Source: Kiritimatiellota bacterium (GTDB taxonomy: Bacteria; Verrucomicrobiota; Lentisphaeria; Oligosphaerales; JAADHN01). Taken from it: a DNA stretch of 64,000 nt. The first letter of the stretch is position 1. The number at the start of each line of letters is the position of its first letter. Made by a program: the position numbers and the translations under genes. The notes under the pieces were generated by a model. That model did not search any database. It saw only the letters and a program-made list of their open reading frames with translations, and was not told the origin of the DNA. The stretch is from contig JAADHN010000141.1 in assembly GCA_013151865.1 (NCBI GenBank), positions 7,812 through 71,811 on the forward strand, in the 5' to 3' direction. Below are positions 38,331 through 47,927 of the stretch, piece after piece.

Positions 38331-40715
38331 ATGAAAAAAGTCTATTTCTCCATGACCACGCATCCCAACATGAACTACGACCGCTCACTGCGGTCGGTCA
38401 TCTGGGAGCAGTTTCCCAAGCTCTATCGACTCTACCTCAACTACCTGCGCGACAATCCGCCGCTCAAGAGCCACATGCAACTGCCGCCGCAAACACTGCT
38501 GTCGCTCAAACAGTGCGCGCCGGACGTCATTGAATTGGCGCAGGCCATCCGTGCCGAAGGCCGCTTGAAGTTCATGGGGACGTTCTTCAGCGAATCGATC
38601 GCCCAATGCCAGGACGACATGAGCGTGCTCGATGCGGCCGAATTGGGTTGCGGCATTGCCGCTGCGGAACTCGATGCCGAGCTGGAGGGCTTCTTCCTAC
38701 AGGAGATCGCCTACACGCCGCAATTGCCGTACGTCATCGAGAAACTCGGCGTGCAATGGACCATCATTCGGGATTGGGAGGACAGCCTGCAACCATTCTG
38801 GGCCGAGGGCCTGGACGGCACGCGCTGCGTGGCGGTCCCCCTGCTGGAACACGCCCAGCACCAGCGTATTCGCAAAAACCCCGATTCGATTCCCGACAAT
38901 GCGTTGCTCATCACCCACTGCGACATGGAAATCCCGTTCGCCATCAAGCGCCTGCACGACCTGGAGACCTATCTCCGCGAGGAATGCGGATTCGATACCG
39001 AGTGGTGTTTCGTCAGCGACTACATCGAGAAAGTCGGGGTCCACGCGCACAAGCGTCCAACCCCGTGCACCAACAAACCCGAGGACCCGCCCGCCTCGCC
39101 CAGCTTTTCGCGGTGGTGCAGCGACCACCTGAGCATGCGGGTGCACGAGGCGACCCTCTCGGCCATGGAGGCGCGGCGCACGGCGTGCCTGGCCACTTTC
39201 GGTCGGGATACCCCGTCTTCGTCCGCAGTTCCCGAGATTCCCGCGTCGAGACCCCACACCACGTGGGAGGTGGAGAACCCGTGGACGTATCCAGAACTTG
39301 TCGAACAGTTCGGAGGGACCGACGCACCGTTCCGACGTATGGCGATGCTCATCGCCTGGGGCTGCAACTCCGACGGTCGCGGATGGTATCCCCTGCTCGA
39401 ACGCCGCTTGGAGCGCCTGGACAGTTTTCGCGAAGCGGAACTCATTGCCGGGGCCCTGACCCGTTCGATTCTCGATCCCGCCGGTGCACCCGGACCGGGA
39501 CTGGCGGCCGTGAATGCCCACGGCGTGCCGGCCGTCGCGTGGCACACTCTGCTCGCCCCCGAGCCGCTCGCCCTGCTCGACTCGGCCGGTCGGGACACCG
39601 TGCAATTGCTTCGCCGCAACGGGGTCGAATGGGAGCATCACGTGCGAGTCGATGTCCCGCCGTACTCGGCGTGCGGACTCCGCAAGAGGCGAAGCCGTCG
39701 GTCCCCGGCGCAGGAGACGACCGGCAACGCCGTCGCCAACGGCAGCCTCACCGTGGAGTTCGCGGACGGCACGCTGACCATCTCGCGGCCGGCTCGACCC
39801 GACATGACCCTCCGTCTCGATCCTTTCCGAATCCATGTCAAATGTCTGGACACCGAATTGCGGACTCCGCAACCCGAGGGGGATTGGCGCGTCACCACCG
39901 TTTCGGGCGAGTTCCCGCGCCTGATCGCCCGCCGCCAGATCGATTATCATATTCATTTTCAAGCCGAGTATACCCTCGACGGCGACCGCGTGTTCGCGGA
40001 CTGGCGGTTCTATTTCACGTACCCAACCCTGGTGGACAGTCTCGACGATTTCGATGCGGGCGGTCCCAAAACGGACTTTACGCCCGGCGGTCTGTGTGCC
40101 TCTCTGGCCACCGGGATCCCGGGCGATGTGTGGTACGACGTACCGTTCGGCGTGATCCGCCACCCGAATTCCGAAGAATCGTTTGTTCCGCCGCTGACAC
40201 ACGCTTTCGTCGTCGGCGAGACCGGCGGGGCGGCCATGGTTTCGCAGAGCGGCTCCCAGTCCTTCAAAGTGCATGGCGCGGATGGGCGCGTGGGCATCTG
40301 CATGGGCAAGTCCAACACCAGCGGGGGGCGCCGCAAACTCTTGCACTGGGCTGGGGACGACATTGGCGACTACGGTTCCGACACCGAATGGTACAAGGAG
40401 TTTTTCGAGGGGGAGCTGCACCATCGGTTCGTGGTGCTGACATTCGACGGGGATTGGCGGGACCGGGCTTTGCCTAATGTCTGCCGTGCGTTGGGTCGGG
40501 GGCCCGAAATGCTTGATTGTATCGAGCTGCGCCTGGACGAGGCCTGCCTGGCGGAAATCACCCCTGCGAACATTCGTCTCGCCGGACTCGAACCCGACAC
40601 GGGTCGCATCGTACTCTGCGAAATGTGCGGGCGCGAGACCGCGTACCGCCTGCGAATCGGCAACATCGAACGTCGCGGTCGGATCAGTCCGTTCGGGATC
40701 GTCGAGGTCCGTTGA
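38331..40715 (+). CDS. GH57/GH38-like glycoside hydrolase, no signal peptide seen
   Basis: THPNMNY, EGRLKFMGT, GFFLQE (like the GH57 GFWLPE nucleophile motif); C-terminal WYDVPFG (like GH38 YEIPFG). Confidence 0.6.
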   Translation: MKKVYFSMTTHPNMNYDRSLRSVIWEQFPKLYRLYLNYLRDNPPLKSHMQLPPQTLLSLKQCAPDVIELAQAIRAEGRLKFMGTFFSESIAQCQDDMSVLDAAELGCGIAAAELDAELEGFFLQEIAYTPQLPYVIEKLGVQWTIIRDWEDSLQPFWAEGLDGTRCVAVPLLEHAQHQRIRKNPDSIPDNALLITHCDMEIPFAIKRLHDLETYLREECGFDTEWCFVSDYIEKVGVHAHKRPTPCTNKPEDPPASPSFSRWCSDHLSMRVHEATLSAMEARRTACLATFGRDTPSSSAVPEIPASRPHTTWEVENPWTYPELVEQFGGTDAPFRRMAMLIAWGCNSDGRGWYPLLERRLERLDSFREAELIAGALTRSILDPAGAPGPGLAAVNAHGVPAVAWHTLLAPEPLALLDSAGRDTVQLLRRNGVEWEHHVRVDVPPYSACGLRKRRSRRSPAQETTGNAVANGSLTVEFADGTLTISRPARPDMTLRLDPFRIHVKCLDTELRTPQPEGDWRVTTVSGEFPRLIARRQIDYHIHFQAEYTLDGDRVFADWRFYFTYPTLVDSLDDFDAGGPKTDFTPGGLCASLATGIPGDVWYDVPFGVIRHPNSEESFVPPLTHAFVVGETGGAAMVSQSGSQSFKVHGADGRVGICMGKSNTSGGRRKLLHWAGDDIGDYGSDTEWYKEFFEGELHHRFVVLTFDGDWRDRALPNVCRALGRGPEMLDCIELRLDEACLAEITPANIRLAGLEPDTGRIVLCEMCGRETAYRLRIGNIERRGRISPFGIVEVR

Positions 40716-40895
40716 CGTCGCTCAGGGGAGCGGAAATCCGCCGGGCCCCAAGGCGCGAAGTTCCGTGATCGTCGCCGGGGTGCGCGGTCGCGCCTGGCAC
40801 AAGGCGCCTCCGGGTTTCCCTGTACGCCAACCCGAAGACCCGTTTGGCTGTTGCGTCTTCGAGGTTGTTCGGCGCCGTCTTGCGGGTTGCCCTTG

Positions 40896-40959
40896 TCTCA
40901 TTTATGAGAACGCAGGATCGGCCCTCCGATGGGCCCTGCAGTCTGGCACAGCAAATGCT
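40896..40959 (+). promoter_or_regulatory. Sigma54 promoter with an upstream palindromic activator site
   Basis: TGGCACAGCAAATGCT at 40944-40959 (GG-N10-GC); perfect palindrome TCTCAT-tt-ATGAGA at 40896-40909. Confidence 0.55.
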
Positions 40960-41034
40960 CACTGTTCCGTGTGCCCGCCGGAGTTGTTCCGTGCCCGGGG
41001 TACTCGGCCCCGTGAAAGACAGTGAGGCGACGCC

Positions 41035-41334
41035 ATGTTGACCTATTTGCCGCGGTTTCTGCCCATTCTCACTCAGGGGCCGCCTTTGGTCATTCCGCTT
41101 TGGCAGGTGCTGCTCTTGATGTTGATTTCGTGCACAGCCCTTTGGCTCGAGCGTCCCCGGTTGGTTTTGGCCTTTCTGTATGTCTTCATGGTGCACTGGG
41201 TTTTTGTCGAAAACAGTGTGGTGAGCATCCAGGCCATGACCCTCCACAGTCTGTTCATTAGTCTGGCATTCGTGTTGACGGGTTTCGTGGGAGTTTCCGC
41301 GCTGGTCTACCAGTCACTGACCCACCGCTCGTGA
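41035..41334 (+). CDS. Small integral membrane hypothetical protein (about 3 TM)
   Basis: GAGG RBS; 99 aa, strongly hydrophobic. Confidence 0.7.
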   Translation: MLTYLPRFLPILTQGPPLVIPLWQVLLLMLISCTALWLERPRLVLAFLYVFMVHWVFVENSVVSIQAMTLHSLFISLAFVLTGFVGVSALVYQSLTHRS

Positions 41335-41683
41335 GCGCCCCTTGGCCCGGCCTGAATAATGCATGAGCCACCTGCTGGCATGACGCATCTCACACATCTC
41401 AAAAACGTTGCTGTCCCCCTCCCACCGACTGAGGTCGTGTTGAAGCACCGCCTCGGTCGGCGTTTGACGCAATGACTTGAATCCATATAAGCTGCGTCCT
41501 CTCGCGACGAAGTTCATAACTCAATCAAGCCAGCGCGCCCATGGCGCCGCGCCCTCTGCTTCCCGCTCACCCCCGAGTGTTTTTGCTGTCAAGAAGGAGG
41601 TTGGAGGCCCCCCGCCTCCGCCGGTTGGCCGGTCGGCGGTATTGTCTTGGGAGCGGCTCGTGTCTTTTTTTTTGTCTCGTTCC

Positions 41684-41716
41684 TTGCATTTTTCCGGAAT
41701 GATAATAGTTTGTATT
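41684..41716 (+). promoter_or_regulatory. Putative promoter with an overlapping Fur/Per box
   Basis: TTGCAT(41684)-N16-TAGTTT; AATGATAATAGTTTGTATT (41698-41716) matches AATGATAATCATTATCATT at 14/19; upstream of the fur-family gene. Confidence 0.55.
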
Positions 41717-41721
41717 CCTAG

Positions 41722-41874
41722 TTTGAACGATTCATGCTGCCGACAGTGTTGTGTCGATGCACGCTGGACGGAAAACGGTTGCGGACGATGCTGCGACAGA
41801 ACTCGATTCCCGGCGCTTGCGCCGGAAGCGCGGCGATGCGCCCCAGTCTCCTGGCGACGCGTGAATAGTCCCGG
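41722..41874. mobile_element. MITE with IS1380-like terminal inverted repeats, copy 1
   Basis: Ends tttgaacgattcatg / cgtgaatagtcccgg; about 109/124 identical (manual count) to the reverse complement of 52309-52432. Confidence 0.7.
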
Positions 41875-41927
41875 GCAGTCATGGCGACTTTTGCGAAGCA
41901 GTGCCGGTGCAATCAACAGGAAACGAC

Positions 41928-42425
41928 ATGCTCGAAGGCCGAAACTTTCGCCTCACCGAGCGCCGCCGGGTCATTCTCGAGGCGCTTCGGGGCAGCACGG
42001 ATCATCCGACCGTGGACGATGTTTACATCCGTGCCCGGTCTCGTTTGCCTCGGATCAGTTTGGCTACGGTTTACCGTAATCTGGAGGAGATGGCCGCCAA
42101 CGGTCTGGTCCGCAAACTGGCCCCGGAAGAGGGCGCGAGACGATACGACGGGCAAATGGCCCCGCATTTCCATGTTCGCTGCACGGGCTGCGGCGCCGTG
42201 GCCGACATTCCGTGCACTGCGGAACTCGGGCGGCTGGTGCGGGAGTTGGAGACCGGGTGCGAGACGGATTTCAGCATTGGCAAAGTCCGGGTCGAGTGGC
42301 TCGGGAAGTGTCCTCGTTGCCGAGGGGCCTCGGCAGCGGATGGCGGCGCTTCATCCGGCAGGAGCGTTGTCCCCAAGAATGAGAAGCCGGGTGTCACAGG
42401 AGTGAAAGAAAAAGGAGACCGCTGA
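41928..42425 (+). CDS. Fur-family transcriptional regulator (probably PerR)
   Basis: RLTERR, DHPTVDDVY, ISLATVYRNL, RYDG..HFHVRCTGCG, CPRC. Confidence 0.9.
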   Translation: MLEGRNFRLTERRRVILEALRGSTDHPTVDDVYIRARSRLPRISLATVYRNLEEMAANGLVRKLAPEEGARRYDGQMAPHFHVRCTGCGAVADIPCTAELGRLVRELETGCETDFSIGKVRVEWLGKCPRCRGASAADGGASSGRSVVPKNEKPGVTGVKEKGDR

Positions 42426-42427
42426 AA

Positions 42428-43000
42428 ATGGAACTGAAGGGAAGCCAGACGGAGAAGAACCTTTTGACGGCGTTTGCGGGGGAATCCCAGGCTCGCAACC
42501 GGTACACGTTCGCGGCCAGCCGGGCCCGCAAGGAAGGATTTGTCCAGATTGCGGACATCTTCGAAGAGACCGCGAATCAGGAACGTGAGCATGCCAAGCG
42601 TCTGTTCAAGTTTCTCCAGGGCGGTGAAGTCGAGATTACGGGGTCGTTTCCGGCCGGGATCATCGGCACGACACTCGAGAACCTGCAAGCCTCCGCCGGG
42701 GGCGAGCATTTCGAGTGGACCGAGATGTACCCATCGTTTGCCGAAATGGCTCGCCAGGAAGGTTTCGGCGGGATCGCCATGGTATTCGAGGCCATCGCGG
42801 TTGCCGAGAAGCAACACGAGAAGCGGTATGTTGAATTGGCGGCCAATATCGAGAACGGTCGCGTCTTCAAGCGCCAGGGGAAAGCGGGTTGGCGCTGCCG
42901 GAATTGCGGTTACGTGCATGAAGGTCCCGAAGCGCCGGCCATTTGCCCTGCCTGTGCGCACCCCCAAGCGTATTTCGAGTTGTTGGGTGAGAACTGGTAA
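42428..43000 (+). CDS. rbr: Rubrerythrin
   Basis: LKGSQTEKNLLTAFAGESQARNRY, EREHAKR, EKQHEKRY, WRCRNCGY..CPACAHP. Confidence 0.95.
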   Translation: MELKGSQTEKNLLTAFAGESQARNRYTFAASRARKEGFVQIADIFEETANQEREHAKRLFKFLQGGEVEITGSFPAGIIGTTLENLQASAGGEHFEWTEMYPSFAEMARQEGFGGIAMVFEAIAVAEKQHEKRYVELAANIENGRVFKRQGKAGWRCRNCGYVHEGPEAPAICPACAHPQAYFELLGENW

Positions 43001-43091
43001 AGAGAGACCGAGGGCTTGCCCCCCGTGTCTGCTTTGACAGGGATGGGGGATGTCGCGAAAACCGGCGGAAAAGTTGGAAAGGACGGGAAGC

Positions 43092-43427
43092 ATGAAAAAG
43101 TGGAAATGCGGCGGTTGCGGTTTTGTTTGGGACGGGGAGACCGCGCCGGCGGCGTGTCCGAAATGCGGTGCCCCGGCGGAGAAGTTCGAGGCGATGGACG
43201 AGGCTGCGGCCAACTTGGTCGAGCGCTCGCGACATACGAATTCGCTGCACGCTCGGTTGATTGCGTTGTCGCGTGATGTCGAGGCCGTGTGCAAAGACGG
43301 CATCGCCGACGCTTTGGATCCCGGTTGCGTCGACGTGTTCGAGAAGTCCCTGGCCCACGCTTACGAGGTGATGAAGATGGCCATGACCGAGATGGCCGTT
43401 CACGTGGGCAAAGGCAAGTGGGGTTGA
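43092..43427 (+). CDS. Rubredoxin-like domain protein with a helical C-terminus
   Basis: MKKWKCGGCGFVWDGETAPAACPKCGAPAEKF, then SRHTN..GI.D.LDPGC..HVGKGKWG. Confidence 0.85.
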   Translation: MKKWKCGGCGFVWDGETAPAACPKCGAPAEKFEAMDEAAANLVERSRHTNSLHARLIALSRDVEAVCKDGIADALDPGCVDVFEKSLAHAYEVMKMAMTEMAVHVGKGKWG

Positions 43428-43646
43428 CTCGGGCCGTTTGGGTGGTGGATTCCGCTGCGTTCATTCGTCTTGCGGGGATTGTTCCCGAGGTTTCCCAGCC
43501 GCCGGCCTACGGGAAGGCCCTGGAAGCCGTGCAAGAGATCCTCGCCCATTGAGGGCGCGGGACCGGCCGCTGCACGAAGAATCGACCGGTCGGGCGTCCC
43601 TTCAGCGTCCGGGGGCGCGTCGACTTCAATACCGAGGAGACCGAGA

Positions 43647-44171
43647 ATGCGAATCGACGACAGAATGCAGGCAGCCTTCAACGACCAGATCAATGCGGAG
43701 TTGTATTCCGCGTACTTGTATTACGCCATGGCGGCGTACTTCGAGGGTATTGATTTGGCCGGGATGGCGAATTGGATGAAGATACAGGCGCAGGAAGAAC
43801 TGATGCATGTGGCGAAGTTTTTCGACTTCGTCAACGCACGTGACGGCCGCGTGGTGCTCGCAGCGGTCGCCGAGCCCCCCGCGGAATGGGCCTCCGCGCA
43901 AGCGGCCTTTGCGGCGGCGTACGAGCATGAGCAGATCGTGACGGGTCGGATTGACGACCTGGTGACCCTTGCGGAAGAACTCAAAGATCGGGCGAGCCTG
44001 GCGTTCTTGCAGTGGTTCGTTGCCGAGCAAGTCGAGGAGGAGGCGTCGGTCAAGCGAATCGCCGACCAACTCGCGCTGCTCGAAGGGGCGCCCCATGGCC
44101 TGTTCATGATCGATCGGGAACTGGCGAGTCGAACCGTGCCGGCGTCCCCCGCCGGATCGAGCCCGGCCTGA
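43647..44171 (+). CDS. ftnA: Non-heme ferritin
   Basis: NDQINAELYSAYLY, QAQEELMH, EHE, FLQWFVAEQVEEE ferroxidase motifs; AGGAG RBS. Confidence 0.92.
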   Translation: MRIDDRMQAAFNDQINAELYSAYLYYAMAAYFEGIDLAGMANWMKIQAQEELMHVAKFFDFVNARDGRVVLAAVAEPPAEWASAQAAFAAAYEHEQIVTGRIDDLVTLAEELKDRASLAFLQWFVAEQVEEEASVKRIADQLALLEGAPHGLFMIDRELASRTVPASPAGSSPA

Positions 44172-44231
44172 AGATCGCCCGGTCTTCGCTCGAGGTGTGT
44201 GATATTCATGTTTCCCTGAGGGTCCCTCGCG

Positions 44232-45789
44232 ATGAGCAGTCCCGGACACATCAGCGTTCACGAGTCTCTCTGCATCGAGGACTCGCCTCCGCCGTGCGGA
44301 ATTGTCATCTTCGGAGCTTCTGGCGACCTTGCCCACCGGAAACTGATACCGTCGTTATTCAGCCTCTTTCGGCGCGAACTGTTGCCGTCCGAGTTTTTTG
44401 TGTTGGGGGCGGCTCGCAGTCCGTTGACGCCGAATGGGTTTCGGGACCGGGTCGCCTCCGAATTGAAGCAGTTCTTTCCGGACGCTCCCAGCCGGCAAAC
44501 GACGACCTTTGCAGGGCGGCTTGATTACCTTTCCGGGGACTATGTGGACCCGGATTTCATTGAGGCGTTGGCCGCCAGGCTCGGGGTCTTGGACGGGCGG
44601 TACGGCACTGATGGGAACGTGGTTTTTTATCTCTCGGTTCCGCCTTTCCTCTACGCCGACGTGGTGGCCAACATCGCCCGGCGCGGGCTCGTGAGTTCGG
44701 GGGCGGGTGCGGCAGCCGGCTGGCGGCGTGTGGTTGTCGAGAAGCCTTTCGGTCGCGACCTCGGGAGTGCCATGGCTCTCGACGAAGCGCTTGGCCGCCA
44801 CCTGACCGAGGAACAGATTTACCGGATCGACCACTATCTCGGCAAAGAGACCGTGCAGAACATCCTGATGCTGCGTTTTGCCAACGCCGTTTTCGAGCCG
44901 ATCTGGAACCGGAGATACGTGGACCACGTGGAGATCACTGCTGCGGAGTCCGTCGGGGTCGAGCGCCGGGCCGGTTATTACGAGTCGGCCGGCTGTCTCC
45001 GGGATATGTTTCAGGAACCATATGCTCCAGCTCCTGACGCTTGTGGCCATGGAACCGCCCACATCCTTCGATGCCGACCGCATCCGGGACGAGAAGGGCA
45101 AGTTGCTGCGGGCGGTGCGTCCATTCGACCCTGAGTCAGTCCGCCGCCGGGCCGTGCGGGGTCAATACGCGGCGGGTGAGATCGAAGGTACGTCCGTGAA
45201 GGGGTACCGGGAGGAGACAGGCGTCGACCCCGAATCCACCACCGAGACGTACGCGGCGCTGCGGCTGGCGATCGATAATTGGCGTTGGCAGGGCGTCCCG
45301 TTTTACCTGCGTTCCGGCAAGCGACTCAAGCGGCGAGTCACGGAGATCGCCATCACATTCCGGAACGTCCCTCATTCCATTTTTCGGCCGTTGCGGCCCG
45401 AGGACCTCCCGCCGAACCTGCTGGTGCTCAACGTGCAGCCGGAGGAAGGCATTTCACTGCGAATTCAGGCCAAACGTCCCGGCCCCAAGCTGTGCATGGG
45501 ACGGCTCACGATGGAGTTCCGCTATCGAGAAGTTTTTGGGGCCGCTCCCCCCGAGGCCTACGAGCGACTGCTGCTGGACTGCATGCTGGGCGACCAGACC
45601 CTGTTCGCCCGACACGACAACATCCGGTTGGCCTGGTCGCTTCTGGCGCCGATCCTCGATGAGTGGCAGGGGCGGGAGACGGCTTCCTCCGGTCCGTCGG
45701 CGTTGCGGCTGTATCCTGCAGGGAGCTGGGGGCCGACCGCCGCGGACGCGCTTCCCGGGACGGATGGGGTCCAGTGGCGGACGCCGTAA
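44232..45789 (+). pseudogene. zwf: Glucose-6-phosphate 1-dehydrogenase with a +1 frameshift at about 45015
   Basis: [31 protein letters not shown]; the conserved RDMFQNHMLQ is split (atg ttt cag G aac cat atg); then NWRWQGVPFYLRSGK and AYERLLLD. Confidence 0.9.
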
Positions 45790-46082
45790 GTACCGGAGTT
45801 TTCAGGTGTTGCTTCTCCGGCAATACGTCCGGGCATTTACCGGCGGGCGCAGGCTGGGCCGTGGGCGCGCCGAAAAGGGTGCTCCGGGCGCACAGTCAAC
45901 CCGCGAGATGGTGTGTCTGCGGCGTTGTTTGGGTTCGCTTTTCGGGTATAGTATCCCCGCCCTGATGAAACTTGTCCGGCAACGATTCGGATTCTGCAGG
46001 ATCGCACACCGTTGCTCTGAGGTCATTCGCTTCTGCTGTCCCCGGTAAACCGCTTCGAGAAGAGACGAAAAGGAGCTGGAAA

Positions 46083-46250
46083 ATGGCAATGGCAAAGTAC
46101 GAGTGCACTCTCTGCGGGTATATCTATGATCCGGAAAAGGGCGATCCGGACAACGGAGTTCCGCCGGGCACGACCTTCGACGACATTCCGGACGATTGGA
46201 CGTGTCCCGAATGCGGCGCCGGCAAAGAAGACTTCGAGAAGATCGACTGA
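46083..46250 (+). CDS. Rubredoxin
   Basis: [47 protein letters not shown]; AGGAG RBS; start at 46083 or 46089. Confidence 0.95.
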   Translation: MAMAKYECTLCGYIYDPEKGDPDNGVPPGTTFDDIPDDWTCPECGAGKEDFEKID

Positions 46251-46476
46251 CTGCCGCCGCCCATAGTCGCGGCTTGTCGGCAGTCGCGAAGCAGACTGGA
46301 ACGTGACGAGTGCCCGCGAGTCGTGCGAGGAAACCTTCTTCTGGCGATTTCGCGATGCCGCAGCTTCTGCTCTCCTTGCCCGACGCCGGGCGCCGTGTTC
46401 CGTTGGGTTCGCGCCGGGGCAGCGGTCGGCTGCCGTCCCGGGAGAATCGAACCTGCAAAAGCGGAGATACATCGTC

Positions 46477-47826
46477 ATGCATCGCAGCATGGTCCGGCTC
46501 GTGGTCATGTCTTCCATTCTCGCGTTTGCGGGGACCGTTCTGTCGGAGGGGCTCCGGGGTGCGGGACGGCTTTCCGACTTTTCCCTGGCGGACAGCTTGC
46601 ACGGATTGGATCTGCCCGTCGACGTAACAGGCTTCCTGGATGTGCGCGGCGGACGGCGGATTTGGGACGATCATTACGAGGAGGCGCAGTCCCTGGGCGA
46701 GACTCGCCTTCAACTCGAGATCGAGGGTGAACTCGGTCCGGCCACTGCCCAAATCACGTCCGACTTCCTGTACGACGGCGTCTACGACCCGCACACGATC
46801 CACCTGGAGAAGGGACTCGGTTGGATCGACCTGCGCGAGGCGCACGTGACCTTTTCGCCCCTGGATTTCATGGACATACGGCTCGGTCGCCAGATCCTCA
46901 CCTGGGGGACGGGCGACATGATCTTTATCAACGATCTTTTCCCGAAAGACTGGAATGCGTTTTTCATTGGTCGGGATGAAGAATACCTCAAGGCCCCTTC
47001 CGACGCGGTCAAGGTGTCGGTTTTCTCCGACTTGGCCAATTTGAACGTGGTTTACATGCCCCGATTCGACTCGGACCGGTATGTGGACAACCGCCGGCTT
47101 TCCTACTGGAACCCGGTGTTGGGGCGAAGGTTCGGGGGCGACCTGTCGGTGGCGCTGGACAAACCGGACGCTTGGCTGGACGATTCCGAAATCGCTTTGC
47201 GTCTTTACCGGAACCTTGGCTCGACGGAGGCGGCGCTATATGCGTATCGGGGTTTTTGGAAAAACCCGCTCGGGTTCGATCCGATTGTCGGCCGGTCGAC
47301 TTTCCCCGATTTGCTGGTCTGGGGCGCGAGCCTCCGGGGCAACGTCGGGGTCGGCATCGGGAATGTTGAGGCGGGCTACTACGATTCGCGGGACGACCGG
47401 TCGGGAGAGGGTGTATTCGTACCCAACAGTCAGTTTCGGCTTCTGGTTGGGTACGAGCAGGAGCTGGCCAGAGATTTCACCGGCGCCGTGCAGTACTATC
47501 TCGAACACATGATGGATCACGGCAACTACGCCCGGGCCCTTCGAAATGCATCGCCGGGCGCCCCCGAAGCCGATCGCGACCGGCACGTGGTCACGGTGCG
47601 TCTGACCAAGCTCCTGATGAACCAGAATCTCCAATTGTCGCTGTTTGCGTATTATTCTCCTTCGGACAACGACGCTTACCTGCGGCCGCGAGCGCACTAC
47701 AAGGTGAGCGATACTTGGTCGGTCGAGGTGGGCGGCAACATTTTCGTCGGCGACGAACCGCACACTTTCTTCGATCAGTTCAACCGGGATTCGAACGTTT
47801 ACGTCGGGGCCCGGTACAGCTTCTGA
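46477..47826 (+). CDS. Outer-membrane beta-barrel protein (DUF1302-like)
   Basis: Signal peptide; LREAH..DIRLGRQILTWGTGD; amphipathic strands; C-terminal YVGARYSF. Confidence 0.75.
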   Translation: MHRSMVRLVVMSSILAFAGTVLSEGLRGAGRLSDFSLADSLHGLDLPVDVTGFLDVRGGRRIWDDHYEEAQSLGETRLQLEIEGELGPATAQITSDFLYDGVYDPHTIHLEKGLGWIDLREAHVTFSPLDFMDIRLGRQILTWGTGDMIFINDLFPKDWNAFFIGRDEEYLKAPSDAVKVSVFSDLANLNVVYMPRFDSDRYVDNRRLSYWNPVLGRRFGGDLSVALDKPDAWLDDSEIALRLYRNLGSTEAALYAYRGFWKNPLGFDPIVGRSTFPDLLVWGASLRGNVGVGIGNVEAGYYDSRDDRSGEGVFVPNSQFRLLVGYEQELARDFTGAVQYYLEHMMDHGNYARALRNASPGAPEADRDRHVVTVRLTKLLMNQNLQLSLFAYYSPSDNDAYLRPRAHYKVSDTWSVEVGGNIFVGDEPHTFFDQFNRDSNVYVGARYSF

Positions 47827-47927
47827 CAGCTTGCGGCGGCACCCGTCGGGCCCGGTCGGTTCGAGGGAAGGGAGAAACGGGCGCCGGTCCGGCAAGTCCG
47901 GGTTTGATGGAAAAGGAGGCCCCGCCG

